Of a stretch of 64,000 nt of DNA, positions 50,621 through 63,589 are shown piece by piece. Where the stretch lies: positions 25,544,001 through 25,608,000 of the forward strand of contig NC_082735.1 in assembly GCF_030144855.1 (NCBI RefSeq). Reading direction: 5' to 3'. The notes beneath the pieces were generated by a model, which did not search any database, had not been told where the DNA came from, and saw nothing but the letters and a program-made list of their open reading frames with translations. Position numbers and translations under genes: made by a program. The stretch is from Hypanus sabinus. Taxonomy: Eukaryota. Numbering within the stretch: position 1 is the first letter of the stretch; the number at the start of each line of letters is the position of its first letter.

Positions 50621-51597
50621 AGTACTGTATCAGCAACAACAGAACGGCAATACCTTCGCATAAGTGGAATTTCTAAGGCATCGTTCTTATTCAAAATGAT
50701 AAAAGTTTAACAAGTAACACTGGCCCAAAGTACACGACTAGCTCTTTTCAGCTGTATATAGATTTTTCTTGTATGTGATTTGTAATTGAAAATGTAATCA
50801 TTACTGCTGCGCCAGCGTTGATAGGAATGACAATGGTTATGAAAATGACTGGATTTTAAACTTTTGGAATAGTTTATTAATAGTGTGAAGACAGGAAGAC
50901 GTATCCTTTCTAGGCTGAATGGCTTGTCCTTTTATAGTGAAAGACGTCTCGGAATTCGCTGCTGGACTCCTGTGAGGGCACATCTTGCACAACTTCCCAT
51001 GGTCCCGGAACGCATTCAACACAGCTCACTGAAACCTCGACCTGCCAAGGCGAGCTGGACTACGCAGGTCATTCTAGAGAAATGCAGCAGAGTTCATCTC
51101 AGCAAGCTGCATCACTTGCAAGGTGTAGAAACGGCACGGCGGCGGACCGGAAAGATCCACAACGGGTGGTCAAACCTGCCCAATGCATCACTAGCATCAG
51201 CCTACCCACCATCAAGGACACACAGACAGAAAGGTGCCAGTAACGTCGTGAAGGATCCCACGCAGCCTGCTCATGGACTCTGTCAAGTCACTTTTTATTG
51301 TCATTTCCACCATCTCTGCTGGTACAGTACACAGTAAAAACGAGGCAACGTTTCTCAGGATTATGGTGCACGATGGGACTGGGACTCCCATCATGGAGTA
51401 GGCTACATAACACCCACACCAGGGCCACCAGATACAAAAAAATGGTTACTTTCCCCAAACAGTAAAGCTGATCAACACCTCCACCCACTAACTCACCCTT
51501 CCACACCCTCAACCACCACTACTATATTATTTCCTGTAAGTCACCTTACATACAGATATTCCTTGGCAACATAACTTTATGGACATCCAATCAAGCA

Positions 51598-51639
51598 ATC
51601 TATGTATATGTGTATGTACATAAGCAATCATATATAAAT

Positions 51640-51671
<32 letters not shown>
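51598..51671. repeat. (CA)n/(TA)n microsatellite region
   Basis: Directly visible. Confidence 0.9.
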
Positions 51672-52359
51672 GTGTATTATTGTGTTCATTTTAATGTGTT
51701 TTTGTGCTGCATAGAATCAGAGTAACAGTTATTTAATTCCTCTACTTACTGGTGTACTGGAAATGACATTAAACAATCTTGAATCCAAACCAAATCACCC
51801 AAGTACACACAATGCTGGAGGTGCTCAGCAGGTCAGGCAGCACCTATGAAGACGAATAAACAGTTGACGTTTTGGGCCGAGAACCTTCATCAGGACTCAA
51901 GACCCAAAATAATACGTCATGCCATTTTCACCAATTTCAAAATTCCTCACTGGCGGCTTCTGCAAAACGAGATCTGTGCAATACAGTGCCCCGAATTTGC
52001 AATCAATGACGATGCTTTCTTCCTGGCGTGGAGAAAAGAAAATAGAACAAAAGATCACTGCAAATGCTAATCAATGTCATTTCAAGAGCTCTTCAATCTT
52101 AATGATACTATGCGTAATGAATTTAAAGATTTCTCACAGACAAGAATTTCTAAGCATTACAAAGTGTGCTTAAGGCTGGGAAGTTTTAAGCTGAAATATC
52201 ATAAATTAATAATTTTTTTCAAATCATTTATGTTTTGAAATATTCTCATCTATTTTTGCAAGGCAATTTCAGTATAAGCACATAATTTAATTTATAGAGC
52301 TATCCCAGTTGCTCCCCCAGCATTAAGGCCCTAATGCATGCCTTATACCTGGTTCCCAA

Positions 52360-52855
52360 TGTAAACTGAAATTCACCGGACCAATAACCACACCACAAAC
52401 AGTTCTTTATTCTTTTCACCAGTTTATTTGTTCGAACTCAGCCAGCGAGTAGTTTGGAGCCACACACAACAGAGGGACAGTGTTCCTCTCCCCCTGGGGG
52501 CTCATGTCGAACCTCTATCAGCAGGTTACATACAGCAACATTTATAGAGTTCAAAGAGACCATCATTATCCATATATGAAGTTGTTTTCCAGTTCTTAGT
52601 ACAAAGCTTGTGGAACTACAAAGTACAGAGGGTCAGAGAAAGAAGTAATCAGCCTTGGAGTATTTATCAGACGCACACACCTGTTACTTTACAGAATCAG
52701 ACAGTTCTGTCCTTGATTAAAACAGAGAAGTAGTTTAGCGATTTCACAACCTCACAGCTTCAGAAGTACAATTAATCACGTGAAGCGAAAACAAAGGATG
52801 CAGCTTACACTGACAGAGTACAAAGTCCTTGAAGGTCATTACCCCTGCATCCCCA
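52360..52855 (-). mobile_element. Candidate solo LTR upstream of FUCA1 (boundaries uncertain)
   Basis: Minus-strand TATAAA (52546-52541) followed ~115 nt later by two AATAAA (52428-52423, 52411-52406), a U3-R-U5-like layout. No clean TSD found. Confidence 0.4.
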
Positions 52856-54759
52856 ATATCTTCAAAAACTTCATCACCAAAACAAACAAATTATCCTAAA
52901 TTCTGTGGGAGAAGAGATTACCAGGCAGCAATTAAAAAAAAATAAGGATGCATTCAAAGTCTCCTTGAAACAAAAGCAAGACGAACCAGAAGGTTGAGTA
53001 ACAAATCAAACCGGTCCTGAACTGTGTATTAACTAGCAGTGATACAGCTTTAATAATATTCTAATAGTGTGAAATATCATCAGTTGTGTTTCCCTATGTC
53101 GTTTCAATGAGGCAAAGAGTGTCCCACATGAAGAGTGGTTTCATGAGATGGGAAAATTCTCAGGACCAAATCCTTCACAAAGAAGCTGGTGAGTATGTGG
53201 AACAAGAAGAAGTGGTAGAGGCAGATTCAGTTCCACTGCTTAAAACACATTTCAACAGGTACACGGATGGGAAACGTTTAGATGGATACGGGCTAAACAC
53301 GGCCAAAAAGACCATAAAGCAACAAATTTCACAGACGTCAGTGATGATAAACTTGAATCCAAACAGTAATAATAGACTTTAGTGTCAATAAAAACTTGTT
53401 TCATGCTATTTGCACGCAATTTCAAGGGTACTTCGTAAAACAATTAGTTCATAAATTCCTTAAATCTACATCAAATTCAAGTGATTGTAATGCAGAAGCT
53501 TACAAACAGCTATGCTGAAACAGAGCAACTTCACAATTTCCTTTGAAAGCTATATACATATGAATTGCTTTAAATGAGTGGAAATCCATTCTTTAAAAGT
53601 GTATGAATCCCTCTTTTAGGAATAAATATTCTATGCAGAAATCCTCAAGTTCTTCATGGATTTACACAGCAATGTAAAATATTATTCTTGCATGAACCAA
53701 GAGTTAATTGAATTGTGGAACTGGTTCAATGACTGAATGACCTTTAAATCTATATGCCCATCAGTGCACTTTGGCAAACAATGAAAGCAATTGCCAACAA
53801 AATCTTTAGGATCCTAAATTGCAAGTATTATTTACACCAACATGACTTAAAGAGTTAAAGATGTTCTATAGATAGTTTCACCGGTTGAATTAATGTATGA
53901 AAAATATCTGCATAGGAAGTACGAATTCCACCCCAGGTCTGCACCTTCTATTAGTCCTGTCATTTATAGACACAAGAGATTATGCAACTGCTGGATATCC
54001 AGAGTAGTGCTGGAGAAATTCAGCAGGTCATGCCTAAAAAATTGACTCTTCATTCTTTTCCACAGGTGCGGTCTGACCTGCTAAGTTCTTCCAGCATTTT
54101 GTGTGTGTGATTGTCATTCGTGACCTGTTATTTTTCAAAACTGAGGGTTGATTTCCTTCTGAACACTGTAAAATTAATGTTTATTTTACAAATAAATACC
54201 TGCATCAAAATGTGAACCCAGTAACTCTGCTCAGTTCGTTTGATATCTATTATCAGCTGAGAAAAATCACTGTGAAAATCCTAAATCTTCAGTCCCTGCC
54301 ACAGACTCTGTTCCCCAGCTACTGACCATCTCTCTCTTGCTACTTTCTGAACCAAAATACCATTTTCAACTCCTTATATGCTTGAAAAAGAATCTAGTGC
54401 TTTCCCAGCGTATATGACAAATACACTTTCTAGCCGGGTACAGGTATCAATTTTAACTGACATTTCTATGACAAACTCTGCCATCTTCAGCAAGGATGAT
54501 GTCTGGGCATGTCTAGTCCAGTGGTATTTATACCCCCATTGTCCATCCATCCCAATTGGTTAGCCCTTGTTAAATCAGGTTTCTGATTTAACCCACCTTG
54601 TTTACAGTTGAATTCCAGTCCTTGCTTGGAGTGAAACCTTTGTTAAAAGTCTTTTCCCCTAGTTTTATTTCAACAGCTTCCTTCTTCAGGTGGTTGCAAA
54701 AGCCATTGGCACAACAATATTAAGGGCATCTTGGTCCTCGTGTGGTCAAGGTTAGTTCA

Positions 54760-55875
54760 TTGGCCTTTTTGAACACACCTTTACATCAATGTACTTCCTC
54801 CAAAGGGGAACCACTACAAACAAATGAACAGAGAAGCCAGGGGACCGCCCTTGTTGCCAGCTATTGCTAATTTCTACATTGAAGACTTTGAGAGGGCTCT
54901 GAATTCATCGCCTTTATGCCCCAAATGCTTCTTCAGATATGTTGATGACACCTTCATAGTGTGACCTCCTGGACTCTAGGCAATCCAACAGTCCCACGAC
55001 CATCTAAACAGTATACATTCAAACATTCAATTTACCATGGAGATGGAGAAGAATGGTTGCTTTCCGTTCCTGACATTCTAATATGACAGAAACTGGACAG
55101 AAGCCTCGGACATGGCGTCTCTCGGAAACCCACTCACACGGACTCATACCTCCACAATAACAGCCACCGTCACACCTCCCAATGTAGAGCGGTTGTTTCT
55201 ACCTTGTTTAACCCAGCAAAAACTATTTCAAACCAGGAGAGACTCCATGAGGAAATAAGACACACAATGTTCCTACAGAATGGCTACAAGGCGAAGGAGA
55301 AACCCGTCACTACTGCCCGTCTTCCCTACATTTCCATAGTTTCTGAAAGGATCACCTGGATCCTGAAGAAATACTGGATTAATACCATCACAAACCCACA
55401 AGTAAGCTCAAATCACAGCTTACGTGATGGAGCAGCGTATACCGGGCAGACGGGATGCATGGTGGAAACCCGCGTCAAGGAGTACAGGAGGTGAATACAT
55501 TCAGATTACTCGGAGAAATCGGTGGCAGCAGAACATTGCATTTGCGATGGCCGGCCATAGGACTGACTTCAACGGCACAAAACTACTGTGGCACACCAAT
55601 GGCTTTTTGAATCACCTGGTGAAGGAAACTGTTGGAACAGAAATAGGGGAAATAAATTTTAACAATGATGAAGCTTTTGCTCCTGTAAGAACTGTAATTT
55701 GATTGTAAACAAGATGGAACAGCAGGAACCTGATTGGATAAGAACAAACCAATCAGGAGGAATGGACAACTGGGCTATAAATACCACCAGATTAGACCTG
55801 CCCAGGCATCATCCCTGATGAAGATGGTTAAAATCGATACTCATACTGGGCTGGAAACCCAAGAAGAGTTTATTC
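54760..55875 (+). mobile_element. Second-family Penelope-like element, degenerate
   Basis: AIANFYIEDFE..FFRYVDDTF, IQFTMEMEKNGCFPFL, RKPTHTDSYL, YTGQTG..TRVKEY; terminal CTGATGAAGATG remnant at ~55815. Confidence 0.8.
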
Positions 55876-55989
55876 CTCCTTTTATGCTTCTTCAAGAGCA
55901 CCGAGATCCATTTCCAATACATTGTTCTGCTCCTTGCTGTTTTACCCAAGGTATTTTTTGATTTGTGATTAGCAGTGAGGTTGATCATC

Positions 55990-56785
55990 TAGAATTGCAG
56001 CCTGATCTAAATCAACTGGGAAGGTGGGCTAAGGAACAGTAGCTGGAATTTAACTTGGACACGTGATGGATGTTGCAATGTTGGAAAGCTAAACCTGGGC
56101 AGGACTTGCACAGTAAATAAAGGGCTCTGGAGAACGTTGTAGAACAGAGACACCTAGGAATATATATCTTCATAGTTCCCTGAAAGTCATACCCTAGACA
56201 GGCTGGTGTGGAAGGCATTTGGTACACATGCCTTCATTAGCCAGGGCACTAAGCACAAGAGTTGGGATGTCATGTTACAGCACGGCAAGACTTCGCTGAG
56301 ATGACACTTGGGATATTTTGTGCAATTATGGTTGTCTAGCTACAAGGATGTCACTAAGCTGGAAAGGATGCAGAAAAGATTCACAAGGGTGTTACCAGAA
56401 CTGGAGAACCTGAGTTTATGAGGAGTGACTGCAGCGTTTTTCCTCGAGGGTCGGACTCTGAGGGATGACCTCACAGAGGTATAAAAGTTAATGAGAGGCA
56501 AAAATGAGATGAGTGGTTGCTAAACATAGATTTAAGGTGAGATGGGAGAAATTTCAGGGGACAAGGAGCAAATTCTTCACAAAGAAACTGGTATGTGGAA
56601 CAAGAAGTGGTAGAGGCAGATACAGTTCCAGTTCCACTGCTTAAAAGACATTTCAACAGGTACACAGATGGGAAATTTTTAGAGGGATATGGGCTAAATA
56701 CGTCAAAAAAGACAATTTCAGATAGGCAACTTACTTGGTGTGGATGAGTTGGGCTGAAGGACCTGTTTCTGACCAGTACAACACT
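55990..56785 (+). mobile_element. Old CR1-clade LINE, 3' fragment
   Basis: Degenerate LQPDLNQLGRWA..LERMQKRFTRVLP and a CR1 3' UTR. Confidence 0.7.
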
Positions 56786-56789
56786 ATGG

Positions 56790-59304
56790 CTAAAATAGTA
56801 CAGATGGCCCATTAATAAAAATATAGCAGCCATTTTTGTTATTTTCATTGTTACATAATATCTTCAATGCTATACAATTCAAAGAATTTCTCAAAGGTGC
56901 AATTCAACAAAAATCAGAATATGCTAACTTGATCAAAGAAACAGATTTTCAAATGGATCTTCAAGGAGGAAGTTAGGGAGCACAGGAATTGGAGGAGCAA
57001 AAAGAAAGGAAATGCCAGAAAATTTGGAGAATAAATTTCAGATTATAATAGTGTGGTGAACAAAAATGAAGACAAAAAACATACCAAGAAATCAGAGCAA
57101 CAAAGTTTCCTAGGCAGTGCTTGAGGAGGGGTCAAAGTGAGTTGAGGATGTTGCAAAGATAAGATAGTGATATTTACAGTAAAGTTTCATTGTTTAATAG
57201 ATGTTATTTATAATTATCAATTTATAATAGGTCTCATTGCTCCACAGCACTAGCCTTCTTTCAGCGGACTGGAGAAGCACACAAAGTTATGAATCAATGT
57301 GTACATCAAATTCATACAAGCATGAGATCTGTTAAAAACCTAGGGTACTATTACAGCACTAAATACTGTGCATCAAAAGATTTGACACCTTATTGGACAC
57401 AATGAACTGAAGCTTCAAAACAGAAGTTACAACTTGTCTAAAATAAGGTATGGATCAATCCACAATAGTCAATTCTGCTGTATTTAATATACCACCATGA
57501 AACACATTGTTCCAGTAACAGATGCACTCTGTAGAAAAAATATATATTTTTAAACATAGAATTACTCACTTTTTAAAGTGACGGCATATGTTTTTGTAAA
57601 CCTGTATATAAAAATAATCTGGACATGCAATTTGGGTATGATTTAAAATCATTATTGGTTTTAAGTATTACAGGTTCAATTATCAAAATCACTTAGAATA
57701 CATTACCCAATCCAAAAAAGAAATAATTAGCTGACAACAATTCTCAGAGCAGTCAGAATATAAAAACAACATTACAATAGAACAAGTTTAACAGTTCTGG
57801 CACAAGATCAAATTCCAATAAACATTAATATACAGTATATACAAATTGTTTATTGCACTATCATACATCTTGACCATGACATTTTAAAACTACAATCACT
57901 TAAAACTTATCTATTCATCCTCTTTTCCCAAGAAGCTCAATGAATTGGAACCTCTTTGTCCAAAGAATATTTAATATTTAATACAAAACATATATCCATC
58001 AGACCCCAGGGTCATGGGAGGCATCCAGTGAGTTAGCAGGCATTCCAGATGTGTGCTCTAAATGTTACCCGACTGGACACTCAATTTCAAAGCAAAGCAT
58101 GAAGTCAGAGCAACAATTTGTAACAGTCTTCTACACCTAGAGCAGGAGATGGTGGAAATACCATTGGATCTGTTAATAACTTGAACATGAATAATATGAG
58201 CAGGAATATTGACTACCTGTATGGTAATTAAGGCAAACAGAATATCAATGTTGTGGGTTTAAATTCAAGTTATTAGGGTATGGGTATAAACATTATATTT
58301 GTTCTTTCAAAGTAAGTTTTACAAATTTCCAGACATCTTAACATAAGAGCTCACGCTTCTTTATTGAAGAAGCATCTGTCCAAGAATGAAAATTATTTAC
58401 TATAACAAACTCAGGTGCAAAAGCAGGTAATACTACATGAATTCAATTATCCAAGAGACAAATATTGATTATGCTAAGCAAAAATGCCAGCAGGTGATGA
58501 GCGTATGCCGGAATCAAATGATGATTTGATAATAATACACAACTAAAATGAAAGTTACCTAAAAATAACTTCAGTCTTAAAATAAATTAGGTAAAATATT
58601 AATGGATAAATAAAATGGTTCTGCCTGCAGCACTATTTCCCCAAGTTGGAATTAACATGATAATTAAATCGCCCTTTGTCTTAACACAGCATTTTAACAT
58701 TTTTAAAACAATCCAAACCTATGGATTCTAAATTTTTGTTCATGTATGAATCTGTGACGTCTGGTTATAAGCATGCAATTTGAAGTCCTTTCTGAGCATA
58801 AAAATGAGTTGTGTGTAGAAGTATATTGAACAGGATCACAGATGTGTTTCAATACAGAAGGCCACTTAACATATCATGCCAATGTGACATACTCATGTGA
58901 CAGTGAGTATCTGAGCATTATGTATAATTACTATTCTACAACAGAAAACAATATGTTTCTTCAAATCTAATCTTGAGGATCCATCTTCTCTTTAACATGT
59001 TGTCAAAAAGGTTCTTGACTATGACTTAATCTTTGTGGTTTTAAATACTTACACAACAGTCCTCATACACCACTTTAAAACAATGTTTTGCATTAGTAAC
59101 TCAATACTTTGAATCATCTCACCTTTATTATGCAGAAATGAGAAACTAAAAAGTTGTTATTAACATTTTAAAAGGCAAATAAATGTACAAGGTGTTGGAA
59201 CCTCTCTTTATAACCCCTCAGTAACATTTGTAATTTTCTATCCTTATAAAAAAGCTCCAGTACAGGATGTCCCCTCAGGCTCTCTTCTCAGTTTTATCAT
59301 AAAC
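56790..59304 (-). other. ZBTB8A: Probable ZBTB8A 3' UTR with several poly(A) signals
   Basis: AT-rich, no recognisable repeats; minus-strand AATAAA at 59124-59129, 58360-58365 and 57849-57854. The true 3' end cannot be determined. Confidence 0.55.
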
Positions 59305-59634
59305 TTACACTTGCTCATCTGAATCATCCAAAATTTCTTCTACCACATTAACTTTGTTGCTCCCTGGATCTTCTCCTCCTGAACTCAAGATCTCTGTGTC
59401 GCCTTGAGGCTCTGCAGAAATCCAGTTAGATTCTTTGTTAATTTCCTGAAATTCCATATCATTGTCTGCGTGTGCATCCAAGTCGATAGGCTCATCATCG
59501 TGACCTGAATTCATTGGATTTGTACAGCTGTTGCACAACCCAAATGACCTGCCATCGTGCTGCACAATTTTGGCTGCAATGCCGGTAAGTGCCTTCCTGC
59601 AAACTTTGCAAATAGCCTTCCTGGACACATGGAT
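59305..59634 (-). CDS. ZBTB8A: ZBTB8A last coding exon
   Basis: [20 protein letters not shown] followed by an acidic tail ..ILDDSDEQV*; ttccag| acceptor. Confidence 0.9.
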   Translation of the reverse strand: MHVSRKAICKVCRKALTGIAAKIVQHDGRSFGLCNSCTNPMNSGHDDEPIDLDAHADNDMEFQEINKESNWISAEPQGDTEILSSGGEDPGSNKVNVVEEILDDSDEQV

Positions 59635-62318
59635 CTGGAAAAAGTTCAAAAAACACAAAGACATGAATGAAACAAAAACGGAAGGCACAATACTGTTACT
59701 AACTGAAATAGAACTTAATGCTCTTGATTAAAAAGCAAAGTGCTGGAGGAACTCAGTGGGCCAGGCAGCATCCGCAGAGGGAAATGGACTGTTGACATTT
59801 TGGGTCACGATCTTTCATCTAGGTCATTGCTCTTGATAATTGCAGAGCTAATAAGACAAGTTATCAATGTTGAGAAGGAGAATAAAATGATGAATTCAAT
59901 AACAAGATTAACACAAAGCCATTTAACATGCAAGCAAAAAGCACCAACTAACAAAATCAAGACTCATTAGTAATGCAAGTTCACCCACACTTCATAGAAT
60001 CATAGAAAAGTTCAGCACAGAAACTGTGGTATGTCAGAATGTTTCACGGTTTACAATGTACAGTATATAGAAACACAACTGTGACTGACACACAATGGCA
60101 GAAACTTCAGGGTGGAGGAAAGGTGGAACTTCTATAGTTTTAGATTTTTTTTGTCATATATTGCCATTAAATCAATGGATGTTAACATTAGATCAGGGTA
60201 CGCAACTTTCCTCTTAATTTATCAGTAACAAGGAAGAAACCGCAAAAATAGATAAGGCATGCCAAGAGTTCCAGATTAATATTTGATGTTACCCAAGTGA
60301 CAATGCCAGTGTGTACCAGCTGATGTTCCTGCCAGGTGCACCATATTATTCACGTTATTTTTCAACAATTTGTTCAAGATTAGGATAAGCACAAGGTTGA
60401 GCTCCCATGTCTACTGCCAAGATAATTGTTAACTTAAGTAAACATCGAGACTTCACACTCACAGTCATGTGGTGACTGCGGAGGTGCTCAAGTCGTGTGA
60501 ATCTCTTCCCACAGGAACCACAAGGAAATGGTCTCTCCCCTGTATGTGATCGAAGATGTCGCTTCAAGTCAGATTTCCGCTTCACTGTATGTGTACAGAA
60601 AGGGCACTTGAATCTCATCTTTGGTAATATATTGCAGTCTCCTTTGGAAAAAAAAATGTAGATGTTTAAACAAAATGTAAAATATTTGGAATTCTAAATC
60701 TGCACATATCCAGGTGAGACAATGCAATACACTTGTGAATTATGACTACAGAACATTCGTAATAGATTTTAAGCAGTTGAAAATCTAGGGAAGCTTAAGA
60801 CCTGACGAGGAAACCATTATTCTTGTCAAAATGTATCAAAGTATGTAGCAACTTAACTGTTTTCCTTTCTGTACAATTCCTCCTTAAAGCTTAATATTGG
60901 GCAAGTGCTTATATTTCCTGTCTCCTCACTTCCTGATCCATCCTCATTTTATATTATTCCTCTCCTTGCTGTGTCTAATTTCTACAGGGCTGAGTGAGTT
61001 GCTAGCTCGACACTCAACCCAGCACAGACTGAAAGCATGCAAGGAGCTGGCCGGATTCGAACCACTCACCTCAAAGTCTGGTGCTGATGCCACTTCACCA
61101 CAGGCCAGCTCTTAAAGCTATTTATTTGATTAAATAACACTTCTGTAAAAGCCATGAAATCTAATTGTGTGTTAATTTGTGTTTTACATGCTATACAAAT
61201 AGAAACAGTTGCAGCTGTAAACAAAAATCAATTGTAATGGACAACAGTGTCTTTCAAACAAATGGCTATGTACAACCAGACATGAATGCATTTCAATTGT
61301 TTTAATGCCTCAGGTTAGTAAAGCAACAGATTAAAAAATTTACAGTAAGGTAATGAGATACCCAGATGGTATCCCAATGGTTTGCCTCCACCTTTGGCAT
61401 TAAAGAAAGCTTACCTGTGCTCTCTCCATTCCAGTCACCTACAACTTCCACAATTGTAGGCACTGGAGGATACCAATCTTCTGCCTTTCGATCTCTCCCT
61501 TGAGAAGGTTGCTGGACTGTGTCAGTGTTCCTTTGTGGCAGAGACAGCCCATCTGCCTGATGCCTGAAGTGATAATTCACAAGCGGGCCAATTGGCTCAG
61601 AACCCACTATTCTCTTCTCATGATCCTGGGGTTCTGTGTTTATGTGTTCAGACGTTCTTGCACCCAAACTGCACAAGCCATTGCCTTTGTGAACAGCAAC
61701 TTCCTGGGGCGTTTTGTCATTGGCAAAAGGCATCGGCAATTGGTCTCTGGGGCAGGGGAGGTTTGAAGCTGCCTGATGAAAGTTGAAATTTCTCCAGGAA
61801 TGTCCAACAGTACCTCCCAAATCAGAGTTCTTCTGAGTGTGACCAGAGTTCATCTCTAGACCACGGCTGCCTGAATACAAGGGTGGTGCTTCCCCACATT
61901 TCATTTCACTATTACTGGAATGTCTTAAGTATCTCTCTTTTTCACTTATGTCTAGGGATGATTTGATGAAGCTCTTGCAGACATTAATCACATCTGTCAT
62001 TTGCAGGAAGCTGGCAGCTGACATCACATCGATCACGTTTTGGCTTGTGAGGGACAGCCGCCCTGAGTAGATGAAATCCAAAATAATTGTAAATGCATCT
62101 GCAGAGAAGACGTCGAATGTGGCTACGGCGGGCTGCCCCACATCCTGGGCGTTATGAAGCAGCAGCATACGGAAGTACCCACTGCTGGCAAACAGGATGT
62201 TACGGTGACCCTTAAAGACTCTGCCCTCCACAATTATGCTGCAGTCACAAAACATTTCCTGCTTACGCTGCTCGTTTAGCTGTTGGAATAAATGGGCTTG
62301 GTGTGAGGAGATCTCCAT
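59305..62318 (-). CDS. ZBTB8A: Zinc finger and BTB domain-containing protein 8A; whole coding span, 3 exons, 470 aa
   Basis: Exons 62318-61415 (904 nt), 60641-60463 (179 nt) and 59634-59305 (330 nt) = 1413 nt, in phase. The N-terminus [25 protein letters not shown] is characteristic of ZBTB8A. Confidence 0.93.
60463..60641 (-). CDS. ZBTB8A: ZBTB8A C2H2 zinc-finger exon
   Basis: [50 protein letters not shown]; ccaaag| acceptor, |GTGAGT donor. Confidence 0.95.
60985..61110 (-). mobile_element. Short tRNA-derived SINE in a ZBTB8A intron
   Basis: Minus strand TGGTGAAGTGGCATCAGC..GGTTCGAATCCGGCC (A/B boxes). Confidence 0.55.
61415..62318 (-). CDS. ZBTB8A: ZBTB8A BTB-domain exon (acceptor at 62354, ATG at 62318)
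   Basis: BTB motifs [30 protein letters not shown]; donor G|GTAAGC. Confidence 0.94.
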
Positions 62319-63589
62319 TTTGAGAGCTGCCTGGGGGGTGGGGGTTACATCAGTCTGAAAATGACATGAAAAATATTATTTTGCTTAAAGTATAATCACC
62401 AAGTCAAATATATATCAATTAATCTCAAACAAGTCAATGTAGCAATTAAAAGGGCTTTGTGTGTGTGAGTTTTTTTACAGTTTTAAATCAACTAATGCAG
62501 GATTTAATACAAATTTAAAATACATATTTATAATAAAATCAAAACAACCAAAGTGCAAATGAGATCATACTCATTCCAACCCTACACTAAGATCTGAATA
62601 CCATTGCCCAAAAACAAAGATTTCAAATGGTAATTGAACACCCATTTGAAGACCAAACATTTGTAAATTTATAGGTGGAGGGAGGGGGATTGCAACTGCA
62701 GATTGAATAAATGAGCCCAAATTTAGAGAAATAAGAGGTGAATGTATTGAAATATTTAAGACTGGGGATGAGTGGTGTTAAGTGGGAAAACAGCCAAGGT
62801 CAAAGTTCAAATCAATTTTAATTACTGACTCAGCAAGCTCAAGAGGCTGTGTCTGTGCAAAGAAAATGAATCTCAGGGGTGTATTTGGTGACATACATGT
62901 ACTTTAATAAATAAAAATTACTTGGAACTTTAAAATAGCAAGTTAAAACAGCATTTTTCCTATGATAATAAACTTGAACTGTTCTTTGCTTTTCCATGGG
63001 TGACCATACCTTAACTAGTCTTGAACACGCTCTCTGAAAACCGGTTGCTGTTAATGCCAACTTTCTGTCACTTAAAACTTGCCTTTTTATTGGCCAAATC
63101 ACCGCATTCACAAAACAAAAAAAAAGGCAGAAACACTTAAATAGGCTACGTCAAAAGATAAAGTTTGACATCACATTCCAGACCTGCTGCGTCCAGCATT
63201 GCCCGTTTCCAGCATCCGCAGTTATGTATATATTTTAAACTTTCAAGTTATGAAACCATTTTACGCGATTTGATCATCTCTGGTCTGTGAACCACACTTG
63301 GTACATTCAGCGGAGTGAACGGTGCTATACAAGTGCAGGCAGATGTTGGCCTAGCAGGGCACAGGTGACGGGCAGAAAGACAGTGGTTGGGTAGAGACGA
63401 CTCCAATGGGTTGCAAGTTCCCGACCCCAACTTCTAATCTTGGCTGGAAGAAAATGTATGGCGAGTACTTCGTTAAAGAAACAGCCTCCACATCTCCCTT
63501 GATATTTACTCATTAGGAATTCCAAATGATGCCCGTAACGTGGAGAGATAAAGGATTTTTATTTGATATCCAAACATTACACCACCTCC

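Noticed and set aside
55810-55845. Functional hammerhead in the second Penelope-like family
   Set aside because: CTGATGA is present but the GAAA half of the core is missing.
61302-61414. C-terminal part of the 338-aa ORF as ZBTB8A coding sequence
   Set aside because: It is read-through past the G|GTAAG donor at 61415; splicing there joins the zinc-finger exon in frame.
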